DNA of 64,000 nt from Sminthopsis crassicaudata (GCF_048593235.1 NC_133618.1:558778465-558842464); one strand, 5' to 3'; positions 1 through 13,960 are shown, counted from the first letter of the stretch. A program made the numbers and translations. Notes: generated from the sequence alone by a model not told the origin.

Positions 1-825
1 AATTCACTATATTTAACAGCTATGTCTTTCCCCTGAAACTCACTACTTCCCCAAACTTCCCTTTTACTATTAAGAGCACTACTGTCCTAGTCACCTAAAC
101 TGTTATTTTCAACTCTTTAACTTACCTTTACTCTCCATATATAATCAGTTGCCAAATCTCTCAGATCCATCCCCTTCTCTCACATAGCCCTTGTTCCATT
201 TTAGATTCTCATTACCTTTTTCCTGGACTATTGTGGTAGCCTACTAATTTGGTACCTCTTCCCGATTTTCTCTTTTTCAACCATCTTGTGGATAGCTGAT
301 AAATTGATATACCTAAAGTGTTCCATGTTACTCCCTTGCTTAAGAAATTCCTGGGGCTTTCTAATGCCTTCAGAATAAAATATATACTCTTCTATTTGGC
401 ATTTAAAGCCCTTTACAGCTTTATTGTAATCTATTTTTTTCAGTCTGATCTTATATTATTCTTCACGTACATCTCATTGTAACAAAATTGGCCTATGCAC
501 ATGGCATTACATCTCTTGCCTCCGGTTTTTACTCAGCCTGTCCCCCTTTCTCAAAATGCTCTCTGTCTTCACTTCTACCTCTTGGATTTCTAGATCTCTG
601 TAAAACTTTGCTCATGCCACTTTTTATAGAAGTTCTTTCCCTCTTCCTCATTTATTGGTGCTCTTTCTGTCTCCAAAAACCACTCTGTATTTATCTATGT
701 ACATCCTTTTACTAGAATATAAGGTCCTTTAGATAGTTTTATTTTTCATTTTTGCCTTTTTATCCCTAATACCTAGTATAATACTTAGAACATAGTAGGA
801 ACTTAATTAAAAATGCCTTTGAGCT
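1..825 (+). mobile_element. L2 (LINE2) 3' remnant
   Basis: Degenerate match to the L2 3' region as remembered (ctcccttgcttaagaaattcctggggctttctaatgccttcagaataaaa...ggcatttaaagccct). Ends in an L2-type tail (agaacatagtaggaacttaattaaa). Boundaries approximate. Confidence 0.6.
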
Positions 826-1089
826 GAATACTGGTAATTAATCTTGTTTAAAATCTACACTCACAAAATCTACTCACTATATAAATATTTTTTCAGCCTT
901 CTTTTCAAGTCTTTGTATTAGTCTACCAATGGGCACATGCAGCATTCTGTATGAATTATCTCCATTCATCTCATAGGATTATAAAATCAGGCTCAAAAAT
1001 GTATCAATTGTTTCATGTAGTTTAGAGAATCACACCTACCTACAACAGAATGAATACATCAGCCTGCTTAGATTATGGGATGATATAAT

Positions 1090-1245
1090 GAAAAATAAAT
1101 GCTGATTCTGAATTAAAAAGATTTGAAGGAATTCTATCTTTGCCACCTGTGTGACCTTGGACAACTCTCCTTATGTGTAAATTGAGGGAGTTGAATGAGA
1201 TGATTTTTAAATTTGCCTCTAGTTCTAATTTTCCAAGCCAATAAC
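1090..1245 (+). mobile_element. MIR3-like CORE-SINE fragment
   Basis: CORE motif ctgtgtgaccttggacaa followed by tgtaaattgagggagttgaatgagatgat (L3-type tail). Confidence 0.4.
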
Positions 1246-3049
1246 AATATTTCATTTGGATGAAGGCAGCTATGAAGGAAACATAAATAACATGTTAGGG
1301 GATTTTGCATTTATTTCCACTAAAATAATTCATTTGAATTAGAATTCATCAAAAGAAGTCAAATATCATACATTACTAGGGCCTCTTTTTTTTTTCTGGG
1401 AATTCAACAAGAAATGGTTAAAAGGTGGGGGGGGGGGAGAAAGCAAGTGACATAAAAACTAATAGAAGGTTGGGTTGAATTGAACACTGGCACCTTGCCA
1501 GGGAAAGATAACCCCATCACTGACAAGGGCATCTCCTGCATCACGTGGGCTAAGCAAGTTTAATCAGGTGTACCTTGTAAGGCATTGTTATGTAGAGCAG
1601 GCTCTCTGCTACATTGAGCCAACAGAACTAAGTCTTAAATGGAATGGCAGACTATTCACCTGGGAGGTGTTAAATCTTCAGTCTATTCCTAGAGGGACTT
1701 CATGTTCCCCATAATTAATTTCTTCACTGTATGTCTCTATATCTCTACACTGTAGTGGTCATTATGAACTTGTGTGATAGCTCCTGAAGACAGCTCAGAC
1801 TCCCTAAACTTGGTGGTTTGGAAGCAAATAGAGGCACATTCATTGGAACTAATGAGGCTCTGACAAGAATATGGCCCACTTGTAATCCACATATATAAAT
1901 GCACACATACAAATCCATATGAACACACTCACAGGAGAACTGCTGATGCTGCTTTTATTTTGGCAAAGGATATACTTGTCAGACATGTCAGTTGATAGCA
2001 TCCACAGAGCTGGAAGACTGAAAATGAACTGCATTGCAACAGAGATTTCACAACTGAAAGCTGCTCGCTGACATTTATATTAGCTTAGTTTGACATGACC
2101 TGATGGTTTGGACTGGATGAAGAGAAACTATCTTCAGCATTCATCCACTATGCTTTTCAAGAGTTTGTGATTGTTCCTGTAAAGTGCCCCTTTCAGTCCC
2201 AACCCATTTAGGCAATAAATCATGCAAAATGTTGCAATTCTCAACCTAGGCTCTTGTAGGGGTTTGTGGAAGGGCAGTGGTAGTGAGATAATAAAAAAAG
2301 CATCAAGGTTTAAACAGAACCAGACCTTCCAAAGTCGTTCTTTTAAACATAAGTGTAGAATGGCATCTCTTTATGTATAAGGTAGAAGTTTTATAGTATT
2401 CTATAATCCAACCCTGAAAGTGATAGTTTGCTATCACAAGGCCAGGGGCAATTTAATTTGGTTCTGTATATCCAAAGACTAGCATAGAACCTAACACATA
2501 GTAGGCCCTTAATAAAGATCCATACTTTGAGAGATGGATTCATCTATAACAGGACAATCACCAAGACTATTATATCGCATTTGCTTGTTTTTGACCAGGG
2601 AGAAGGGGTTGGTAAAGAAAGATTCTGGAAGGCATTGGAGTTTTTTTCTCTCAGCTTCTGACTATTCCTGCCACACAGAAAGTTGGAAAGCATTTATTAA
2701 GTTGACTGACTAATCAATCAGTTGGTTACAAAGAATATGAATTAGAGAATTCCATTTACATTAGGTAGGAGGGGCCAGACAATATGTCTTGGAGGTGACT
2801 GATGTATGTGGAGTTCTTTTTCAGGCAGGATCCAACCATGCTTCACTCTACTCCCTATTCTCCAAATGCCTTCTCAACAGTTTTGCCACTTACCTTTCTT
2901 CTCTCTACCCTCTGCTTTAAAAGCAGGATAAAATTAAATCTGTCATCCTTCCTTGAAGAGATATGTCAGTTTATTCCTTTCCCCTCACTCAGTAACTTTT
3001 CAAAATAAAGTATTTTTCCCTAGCCCCCTCCTCAGTGTGTTATCATTAC

Positions 3050-3135
3050 CTAGTGCTTATTAGAATGTAAACTCCTTGAGGGTTAGAACTATCTTAATTT
3101 TTGTTTCTGTCTTCTCAGCACTTAGAATGGTAATT
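3050..3135 (+). mobile_element. L2 3' end fragment
   Basis: tagaatgtaaactccttgagggttagaactatct...cagcacttagaat resembles the L2 terminus. Confidence 0.45.
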
Positions 3136-3139
3136 CACA

Positions 3140-3395
3140 CACAGGAAGAGAAGAGGGATTGGGGCTGGATCTCTGATTTCATTGGTGTACAAAATTCTAA
3201 ATAGAAGAAATTCCTTCTACTCACAGAGGATGGCATCTTCTTTGCAACTTAAAGCCTTTATGTTGATGAGAGAGAGCACTGGGACAATAAGTGACTTGCC
3301 CAGAATCATACTTCTATTATGTCAGTGATAGAGCTTGAATCTAGGCCCCCTCTCTGTCTTTGATGTTGACTTTCTTTCCAGTATCATGCTATCTC
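3140..3395 (-). mobile_element. marsupial CORE-SINE (WALLSI/MIR-related)
   Basis: Reverse CORE (aagtgacttgcccagaatcatac...gagcttgaatctagg) plus the marsupial-type tail gaaattccttctactcacagagg...tctttgcaactta. Confidence 0.5.
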
Positions 3396-5319
3396 TCTAG
3401 TATATAAGTATTTAATGATTGATGTGATTCCTTCATTCACGACAAGTTAGAACTTAAAATTTTATTAGAGATAATATAACCCACCTCCTTAATTTGATAT
3501 GGACAAAAACTTAAACCTTTCCATGGCTAACCATGACCAGTTCTTGAATTATCCTTATTATCATAGGCATAGACTCAAACGGACATTGGGACAAAGGTAG
3601 TTTAGAAACATGATAAATAAGCAAAATTGTCTTTTTTATTTGGGGACAAATAATGTTGACAGCAACCAAAATGATTGTCTATTCTCAAAAGTATATTTAT
3701 TTATTAACTTTAGTTAAGAAAAACAGTGACTATATTTTCTGTTGTTATTCAATACCAAATATGATCTCCAGCATTATACAAGTGCTAAAAATCTGGTATT
3801 ACTAATGAACCTCTAACAAAATTAAATAAAGAGGATTATTTTGTGCCTTCTAATGAAGATGACATGTATCGGTAAATTTTACATCAGCCCAAGGAATAGA
3901 GCAATTAATTGTTCAATTTCATAAGCTAATAATATTGTTGTCCTTCATATCCCAAGACAATATTAAGGTATTATGATATGGTATGGTATAGTGGATAATT
4001 ACTTACCAACACCAGAGTCCAAGTTCTGAGTTATTTTTCTAATAGTGGTGTCCAGTTGCATTGGACAATTCATACTCATCTGTTTGTTATTGTGACCAAA
4101 AGCATGGCTTTATGAGCCACCTGGTCAATACTGAGGTTTTCAATGGTGGCTAGTGAAAAGAGCCATATTAGTAAGATTCATTTTACATGGCTCATTTGGA
4201 GTTTATATATAAAACAATAGTTTTCAGACACTATTAGAATGTTCATTGTTTTTTGAGAGTTGATCATAATGATCTTAATGTTTCAAAGAGCCATGATTTC
4301 ACTGGCACAAACATTTCTGCCCCCCCACCTCCCTTTATACACTGCCACATCTTTTTACCTTTGTAGACAATCTTCATAGTTTATATGGCTGAAAAAAATA
4401 ATTTTCTGGTGAAAAGTCATACTAAATTTAGGTATATGAACCTTTAAATGAGACACATAAGTAGTTCCTCTGCCTATACTCACAGATTTCCCAGTTTGGT
4501 AAGACTTGAATGTTCTACTATCACATTCAGGAACCCAGGATTCCCTTCAAGTCAAAATGAGGAATTAAGCAGGATTCCAATGAGAAAATTTTAATTACTG
4601 TTTATAGAAAAAATTTATCTTTCTGCATAAATCATTCTGGAATATGGAGTCTGTTCCATGAAATTATGTCTTGACTTTCATCTTACGTTATCAGCTCACA
4701 TTATGTTTTTATTTTAAAATATTTATGTCACTTTTAAATGTGAGTCCTGGGAAATTTAAAATGTGATATCTTGTATCATAGAAATCAGAATTGGAAGGTG
4801 TCTCAGTGCTAGAGAGGGTAAATAATTGGTCTAATCAAAAATTGTGTCTCGTAGAAGAATCCAGTCAAATAATTCAAATTGAACCTGACTCAATAAAAAT
4901 ATTTTAAGTCATATCAACAGGAAAACAATTATGGATGTAATTCTTGATAAACATAAATAGACCAGGCACTAAACTACATATTATAAAGCCAGATTCTAGC
5001 TCCAGCTCTGTAAAAAATTTTGCTATATGTCTTTGGACATATTTTATTCCACATATTTGTATCGTTATTTTCTTATCTTTAAAGTAGGTATATCCATTCA
5101 TTCCCACTCTCTCTCAGAATTAGAACTGAGATCAAGGGGGGAAATGCACATATAAGTATTTTGGTAGGAAAAAAAATATTAAGTATAAAGTATTAATAAT
5201 AAAAAGATATTAAATATAAAATTATAATATAATATTCAAGTAGTAAAAATAAGTCAAATACAGCATTGCCCAAATTTCAAATTTAAAAATTACATAGTAT
5301 TTGTAAGAGATATTCTTAT

Positions 5320-5545
5320 ATATAGTTGCTGCAGTAGTTAGAATTCTGGACATGGAGTCAGGAAGAATTGAATCACTACTAGCTAGGAACTTTGAACAAG
5401 TCATTTGAACTTTCCCAACCTAAATTTCCTTACCTGTAAAATGAAGGTGATAATAGCACTTTACTTCCCAGGGTTGCTGTGAGGATCAAATGGGATAATG
5501 TTGTAAAATTCTTTGTACAACTTTAGGCACTATATATAAATATCC
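5320..5545 (+). mobile_element. MIR/Ther-type CORE-SINE
   Basis: ggagtcaggaag...actagctaggaactttgaacaagtcattt...acctgtaaaatgaaggtgataatagcactttacttcccagggttgctgtgaggatcaaatg. Confidence 0.65.
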
Positions 5546-5589
5546 ATGGATAGTTTTTTGCTGAAAACAACATATATGTGCATTCTTTT

Positions 5590-5590
5590 A

Positions 5591-5646
<56 letters not shown>
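5590..5646. repeat. (TA)n(TG)n compound microsatellite
   Basis: Read directly from the sequence. Confidence 0.95.
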
Positions 5647-5648
<2 letters not shown>

Positions 5649-5685
5649 TCTATGCAAATGAATGCATCTACATAGAGAAGAAGGG

Positions 5686-5945
5686 AATAAGCATTTATAT
5701 AGTGCTTACAATGTGCCAGACACTGTGCTAAATACTTTTTTTTTTTACAAATATCACCTCATTTGATTTTCAAAATAAACTCTGTAACATAGGTGCTATT
5801 GTTATTCCCATTTTACAGTTGAGAAAATTGAGTTATAGATTAAGCCCAGAGTTACATACAACTAGTAAGTATCTGAAGCCAAATTTGACCTTAGATCTTT
5901 TAACCTTCAGGTCTAATCTTTATCCATTACCTTACTAACTGCCTC
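5686..5945 (-). mobile_element. marsupial CORE-SINE with L2-type tail
   Basis: aagcatttatatagtgcttacaatgtgccagacactgtgctaaa...cccattttacagttgagaaaattgag...ctagtaagtatctgaagccaaatttgac...actgcctc. Confidence 0.7.
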
Positions 5946-8244
5946 ATGTATATATGCCAATTTACATCAGTCAAAATCACAGCTTAGCAAAAAGCTGAAA
6001 ACATAATGAAAAAAAATTAAGATAAAATATAAATGTTCAAAAGAATAGAAAGAAGAATATAGACAAGATAGATTGAGCTGTCTGAGAGATTTCTGTAGAA
6101 AAAGCTGGATTATCTTTGCAGCCTGGCTAGTTTGGAAGCAAAATTTCTTCTTTATGCATCTATAATTACCTACCCTATTGTATCCTCACACCTGTAGGTT
6201 GTGACTAACCAGGGATTATGTTGCTATCAATGACTTACTCTGGAGGAAAGGCAACACAAAAAGAAAGGTCATGGACCAGAGGAAGATGTCTCCATGTCCT
6301 CTTGTAATAGCAACAGAGGGAGCGGAAGAAGGAAACCTGGGGTCCGGGGTTTCATCACACAATGTGTAGGATGCTAGATCCAGGACACAAGATGCACAGT
6401 GAGTGCTGCTCTACGAAGCTTGCTCTAATTTTTCGGTCCAATTTCTAGTGGAAGGGTGACAACATCAGAATATGCTCCATCATACTCTTAGCAGAAGCCA
6501 CAGTTGGATGGACATGGGGTCTGAACTTGTTGTCCCTAAGGAAAGTTGCTCTGGGTCAGGGTGAGGGACGTTGGCAGGGGTCACTGAGGAGGAAGCCTGA
6601 AGTGGTTCAGCTCACACAGAATCTGGTCTCTAATAAACAGGAGTCCAGGCTCAAGGGATTGTCATTCCAGAACCTTTCACTAGCCCTGAATGGGAGAAAA
6701 ATAAAGCACAGTAAAACATACTCATTTTCAAAGGTTCCAAACTGTTTACTTAAACACTATTCACAAAGGGAACCACTCAGAGTGGCAGGAAGGCAAAAGG
6801 CAGGCTGGATGGATAGGCCAAGAGGAGTTGTTCATGGTTGGCTACCTCTGGATATTTTACTGCAATTATAGGAAATAGCCCTGTATATTGGTGAAAAGAA
6901 AAAAAAAGAAATATATCTCCAAATATATCTGTTTATTTGTGTGCATGTAAATACATGCGATTTTAGACACACATGTGTATGCATATGTGCTTATAAAATA
7001 CATATGCATGTGTACATACATATATACATGTGTATATATAATTATTGGACATGTATAACACATAGGTACTTAATCACACCCCTAAAGTGGACAGATGCAT
7101 CTCCTTTTACATGGACAGAGCTAGTTAATTTCCCCTCTCATTGCTGAGAATGTAGTTTTGCCTTGAAGCATTAAAAGTAGTATACAGGCAAAATACAAAG
7201 GCCTGAAGGGCCCTGAGCCATACTTCCCATTCTCTCATCTCCTAGGTAGTTGGAAGATGCACATATCCAGGACAAGTGAAGTGACATGTCCTGCTGGAGA
7301 GAAGGGTCTGTTAGCTAACTAGCAGTTTGTACTCTTAGCAGGTGCTTCAAAGTCAAAAGTATTAAAGCTTGTTATTTTCTGATCTCTACTCTGGGCAAGG
7401 TGCTCTCCCCATCTCATTCCCCATTCTAATTAAGTTTACAGTCAATAGTAGAGCTGCCAAGATGAGCCCATGAAGCTTGTTGCACATGGGCCATTCCAAC
7501 TGGAAAGAAACAGGACACGGCGGTAGCCTTTCCATATAGAATCAGTGATACATTTCTCATGTCCAAATATATCACATATTTGTAAGTAAATTAAACCTGA
7601 CATCAACTATATTTGCTCTGTTTTGGTCCTTCACAAAGGAAAAAAGAGAAAGAAAATAATTAACGGGAATATAATTCCATGAAGTTCTGCATTCCATATC
7701 TGCTGAATTATTGAATTCATTGATTTACTTATTCATTCCACAAATATTTATTGAGCCCCTACTATGGCTGGTGACTTTGTTTTTGTTTGAAAGATGTATA
7801 AATCTCCACAAGATTGCTTTATATCCCAGCTAATGATATATATACATATAATTTGTTAAAGATTATTTGATATAACAAAATTCAAATAAAATAATTGGGA
7901 AAGACCAAGAGTTACTGTAACAGATTTCACCCATATAAAGCATGTATTTAAAACTTCAAAATGTTTTCTAGAATTTTTATCTGTTTTTTTCTCAAATTAT
8001 GTATTGGGTGCATTCTCTATTCTAGATAAACTGCTACTTTTCAAAATTTAATGAACACATTTTCCCTTTTAATTCTTCTGTGCCAATGCTTATGTCACTC
8101 AGTTCTTATTCCTACCTGCAGAAGTCTTAACATACTTCTAGATTCAGATAACACAATATTTTTATGATGCTTTCCCTAATAAAGATGCAGTATAACAGAG
8201 TGAAAAAAATCACTGGACTATTAACCAGCTGATTCATGTGGTAA

Positions 8245-8470
8245 TAAGGAGTATGTTGGTATCATCTTGAACCAGCCCTAGAGAACCAATTGTTAAAATT
8301 TCAATATAAATATTCGTATCTCAGAAATCAGAAAGTGTTACAAATCAGGGTTTGATCTATTATTTTATTCTCTGAACTTAAAAAAAGATGGAAAAATATT
8401 AAAAATTTACATTAAACTTTAAAGTGTTGTGCATGCATTTTTTAGGGAATCAGTTGAGCATACTTCTAGT
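8245..8470. mobile_element. MER63-like hAT MITE remnant
   Basis: agagaaccaattgttaaaatttca...tacaaatcagggtttgatctattattt...attaaactttaaagtgt resembles the MER63 family as recalled. A second copy lies at about 32095. Confidence 0.5.
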
Positions 8471-9501
8471 TCTAGGCCTGCCTTGGTCATTTTTCATCTC
8501 TATGATCTTGGTGGATTTAGTTAACCAACCTAAATTTCAAATCACTCATTTGTAATAATGATGAATGAATAAAGAAAGAAAGAAATAAGAGTAGAGAATT
8601 ATGCTGTGATTTGAAGACCTGGAATTCCAAAAGATAGCAAGTCAACTAAGTTGTAAATAATGTTTCCCTCCTTGGAATTGCTAGATATCTCTATTTTGCC
8701 CCCGTATCAGATTTCTGTGAAAAGTAAATTTATGCAGGTATGAATAGGGAATACAGTCTTTGTTATACTTGTGCTATTATCACATAACAGATGACTCCTC
8801 CGTGTTTTAAGGTATACCCTGGCCTTTTGCTGCTTTTAAACATGGTAATGTACACTAGACCTTTCCATAGGAATATTCACAGGAACTCCTAAACAGAAAG
8901 GGAAAGGCAGTAACACCTATACTTCAGAAACAGTTTTATCTGTTGTAAAGAGGATATAATGCACTAGAAAACAGGGGTAATTTAAAAATAATGGTGGTAA
9001 TTCTGCCCTTCTCAATTAGCTGTACTAGCTGAAACCCCAACATTGTGATCTATAGAGGCTTGTTGGTCATTTTTTTTCTCTCAGCTCTTCATCCTCATGT
9101 CTCTCTGCTTTTTCTGTATAATGCTACTATGTTTTCATTGCCATGATGGAAAGGGTTATTGTTATTGTTATTGTTGGTGTTGGTGGGGGGAAGAGAAGTG
9201 GGGGGGAGTAGAATGACATTCTAAGGGACTGAAAGCAATGGTTATATATATTACCGACTCCATGTGCTCTGAAAATAGTAGTGGAAACCCTAAAACACAG
9301 TCCAGTTGGATCCTAGTGATACTACTAATACTGTCAGCATCTAGACCAATGTGATGACAACTCCTTAGAATTTAAGAAATATATTGGGTAGCAGAAAGTT
9401 TCAGGCCAATCCTAGCTGAAACTTTCATGGTGGTCAATTTGAGACAGAGAACAGTTGAGTAGGTAGTACTGCTTTGTGCTCTGTTACCACAGGAAGGTAA
9501 G

Positions 9502-9562
<61 letters not shown>

Positions 9563-9583
9563 CACATACATACATATATACAT
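9502..9583. repeat. (TA)n/(CA) microsatellite
   Basis: Read directly from the sequence. Confidence 0.95.
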
Positions 9584-10346
9584 ACTTGCCAAAATACTTT
9601 TCTGTAGATGTGTACCTCCAATATGGACAAAGTATAAGTGTATTTATGGATTGAAGATCTTAATGTTCCTATTGTATATTATTATGACACCACCAACTGG
9701 AAGTAGAATTTTGCCATTTATAGGCAAAGAGTTGATACTATTTTTTAATCTATAATATCTATTCCTCCAAATTATACAATGACAGATCAATGCAGAGTAA
9801 TCTTGGATAATTATTCCATTCTTGACTATGTTAGATGAAATGAGAAAAAATTATATACCTACTAAAATCTGTAAATGGAGCCAGGTAAGAACTTAAAAAA
9901 ATATATGCCTTGAATGATTTAGAAAAAAGGAGATAGGCATAGTTAGGGTATAATTTCAAAGCTCTATTTTTTTTTTTTTTTTGGTTACAAGACATAAATC
10001 TAACCACAGACCAACTATCACAAAACAGAATGATTAATATAGTCATCACAAATGAGCATATCTTCCCAAAATATTTGGCAATGTATAAAATATCTTAGAA
10101 CCTACACACAAAACCATATTCTGTGACCATTTTCTTGGTAATGACTATGGAAAAGTAGATTTACATAAGAGTACTTAGAGAGAATTGTTGAAAACAGACA
10201 CTCAAATTTAACATTATTTTCTAGCCATAATACACAGAGGAAACCATGAGATTCAAGGTCCTTGATTTAAAACAATATTTTAAAAAGCTTAGAAAATGGA
10301 CTTCCTATACAGGTATACAAATATATTTATTGTAAATATTTATATT

Positions 10347-10380
<34 letters not shown>

Positions 10381-11112
10381 CATACATAGCATACATGTTT
10401 ATAAATGTTATATTTGTATTCTGATATCTTAAAGTAATAAAACAATAAAAAATAGTAAAACCCAAAGGTTTAAGGTTAATAGAATCATAGAATTAATAAT
10501 ATAATCATAAGAAACAGAATAAGCAATTCAATATCAATTTAAAAATTTATATCATAGGAGACTTGAATAATAACAAAATTAAAAGACAAAGAGAATATAT
10601 CTGAAAAGAGAATGTGAACAATTTATGATCATGTATATGTTCAAAAGAAATCCATCATAGCAAAAACAAAGAGTAGAAAACATAAATCATGCATACTGTT
10701 AATTTAATGAATAATGGAAGTTATGTCAATGGAGGTGATTAAAACCAGTTTCTCTGAAAAATTGGAAAATTAAAGTTCTAGATAAGTTTCATAATTATTG
10801 GCTCAAATGTTTCACAGGAAGGCATTGATTGCAAAGTATATTTTGTTTTGTTTTGTTTTTACCAGCTTCTCATCTGATGCAAGCCTGATTTCATTTAAGA
10901 AATACCATATATTTATTACTAAAAATGGCAATAAAAATGACCCCTTCAAATAGAGAACAATTAAATATCACTGTATTTTATACAAAACAATCACATTCTG
11001 TAATGCTCAATAAAAAGAATTTAGGGGAAAATAAACATATATGTGTATCCATATCTATATACAAATGCATATACACAAACATATATTATCTTAGAAACAA
11101 AAAGAGATGGCT

Positions 11113-11116
<4 letters not shown>

Positions 11117-11183
<67 letters not shown>
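11117..11183. repeat. (TA)n microsatellite at the L1 tail position
   Basis: Read directly; sits between the left TSD and the L1 3' end. Confidence 0.95.
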
Positions 11184-11186
<3 letters not shown>

Positions 11187-12578
11187 TTTATTTACCAGAT
11201 ATACACATGGGTAATTTTACAGCATTGACGGTTGCCAAACTTTTTGTTCTTTCCCCTTCCCTCCCAGATGGCAGGTTGACCAATGAATGTTAAATATGTT
11301 AAAGTATAAATTAAATACAATATATGTATACATGTCCAAACAGTTGTTTTGCTATACAAAAAGAATCAGACTTTGAAATAGTGTACAATTAGCCTGTGAA
11401 GGAAATCCAAAATGCAGGTGGACAAAAATAGAGGGAGTGGGAATTCTATGTAGTGGTTCATAGTCATCTCCCCGAGTTCTTTCACTCGGTGTAGCTGGTT
11501 CAGTTCATTACTGCTCTATTGGAATTGATTTGGTTCATCTCATTGTTGAAGATGACCACATACATCAGAATTGATCATCATATAGCATTGTTGTTGAAGT
11601 ATATAATGATCTCCTGGTCCTGCTCATTTCACTCAGCATCAGTTCATGTAAGTCTCTCCAGGCCTTTCTGAAATCATCCTGTTGGTCATTTCTTACAGAA
11701 CAATAATATTCCATAACATTCATATACCACAGTTTATTCAGTCATTCTCCAGTTGATGGACATCCACTTATTTTCCAGTTTCTGGCCACCACAAAGAGGG
11801 CTGCCACAAATATTCTTCCACGTACAGGTCCCTTTCCCTTCTTTAAAATCTCTTTGGGATACAAACCCAGTAGAAACACTGCTGGGTCAAAGGGTATGCA
11901 CAGTTGGATAACTTTTTGAGCATAGTTCCGAATTGTTCTCCAGAATGGCTGGATGTATTCACAATTCCACCAACAATGTATCAGTGTCCCTGTTTTCCCA
12001 TATCCCCTCCAACATTGCATATTATCTTTCCTGGCCATTCTAGCCATTCTGACAGGTGTGTAGTGGTCTCAGAGTTGTCTTAATTTGCATTTCTCTGATT
12101 AATAATAACTTGGAGCATCTTTTCATATGGCTAGAAACAGTTTCAATTTCTTCATCTGAGAATTGTCTATTCATATCCTTTGACCATTTATCAATTGGAG
12201 AATGGCTTGATTTCTTATAAATTAGAGTCAATTCTCTATATAGTTTGGAAATGAGGTCTTTATCAGAATCTTTGACTGTAAAAATATTTTCCCAGTTTAT
12301 TTTTTCCCTTCTAATCTTATCTGCATTAGTTTTGTTTGTACAAAAACTTTTCAATTTGATATAATCAAAGTTTTCTATTTTGTGATCAATAATGATCTCT
12401 AGTTCTTCTTTGGACATAAATTCATTCCTCTTCCACAGGTCTGAGAGGTAAACTATCCTATGTTTCTCTAATTTATTTATAATCTCATTCTATCTCATTC
12501 TTTATGCCTAGGTCATGAACCCATTTTGACCTGATTTTGGTGTACGGTGTCAAGTGTGGGTCAATGCCTAGTTTCTGA
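11184..12578 (-). mobile_element. 5'-truncated L1 (ORF2 C-terminus plus 3'UTR)
   Basis: ORFs 12040-12417 and 11742-12047 give the L1 ORF2 C-terminus (CWRGxGKTGTLIHCWW, HSPIDKWSKDMNRQFS). Probable 12-bp TSD agatggctcttt (11105-11116) / agatggcttttt (12579-12590), followed by aa (TTTT/AA endonuclease site). Confidence 0.95.
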
Positions 12579-12669
12579 AGATGGCTTTTTAATAACAGGA
12601 ATCTAAAGAAATACTTATTATTTATTTGGTGCTTAGTCAAGTCATCCTAAAGTATTTTAACATTTATAC

Positions 12670-13800
12670 CATATGGACATCCCTGGAAAGTATACTGCCA
12701 AGGTAAGTGAAGTTATCTACAGCATCCAATGGTATAGTGCTGGCTGTTGGAAAACTTCCATTTCCTTGGTCTTAATTATCTGGCTAAAATTAGTACAAAC
12801 AGCAGAGAATCAATTCATAGTTATATCTCAATGTCAGGGACTACATTGAGTATACAATAATTTTTGAATTAAAAAGTTGCATACTAACTGTCCTTCCACT
12901 TTAGTCTTGGCTTGTATTTTAAGCTAAATAATTTCCCATCACTGTGGTAGCTGACTTTGATGCCATTTTTATTTTTGAAGGGGTCAGATGACACAATTGA
13001 AAACCTTAAGCTATAAACGTATTGCAACAATCACACAGTCCTGCTTCACTCTACTGGTGACTGGGAAAGCCTGAGAATATCACTCATTACCTAGTATCTA
13101 AGCATGCCATTTTTATTTGGAATTGGCATACAGTGCTGATGAACTTTGGGCAACCAGATTTTGCAATGGCCTTCCACAAATCCTCATGACTGATAGTATC
13201 AAAGGCCTTTGTCAGATCAATGAATGTTTTGTGTTCTCTCTTCTGCTGGCTTTCTCCTGGCATTTCTCCTGGATTTGTTAAATAGCAAACATCTTGGACT
13301 TTCTTAGCCACATTGGTTCTTGAGTAGATGATCATCTTCCAAGTAAAGGATCACTTGTTAAGGAGAACTGGCAAGAATCTTGCTGGCAATGATTTAGATA
13401 CCCCACTGTGATCATGACAGAATTACCTCTTCCCTTTCCTTTTTTAGAGATAGATAATGATGGCATCTTTGAACTTCTGAGGAATAACATCTTTTTGCCT
13501 TATAACAAGGAGAATCTTTGTCAGCTTTTGCATAAACAGTGGATCCCCTGTCTTGTAAATCTCAGCTGGAATAAAATGAGCATTAGGTACTTTGCCACAT
13601 GAGGGGAGCCTAATGGAGTTCAAAGTCTCTTCTTCAGATGGAAATCCATCTAGGGAGGCATTGAATTCAACCTAAGGTATATGATCAAAGGCTTCAATAT
13701 TTATTGAAGAGGGTCTATTGAGAACACTTTGGAAATATTCATCCCATCTCTCCAGGATCATGTCCTTACCACTAATCAATATAGCTTCATCAGCACAAAA
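12670..13800 (-). mobile_element. RTE-clade LINE, degenerate reverse-transcriptase fragment
   Basis: ORF 13087-13335 contains FIDLTKAFDTISHEDLWKAIAKSGCPKFIS, typical of RTE-1 RT. Flanking DNA continues as a decayed RTE ORF. Confidence 0.85.
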
Positions 13801-13824
13801 AACGCTCTGAATCAGGTACTATAC

Positions 13825-13960
13825 CAATCTCCATTTTACAGATAAGAACACTGAGGCTTAAAGACATTGTGATATGTCCCTGGTTATATAGGTATTAAAT
13901 GTAAAAGGCAGCATTTGAATCCACATTTTCCTGATTTTGAGTACTCTTGATTATCACATG
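13825..13960 (-). mobile_element. MIR fragment
   Basis: ccattttacagataagaacactgaggcttaaagac...ggcagcatttgaatcc. Confidence 0.5.
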
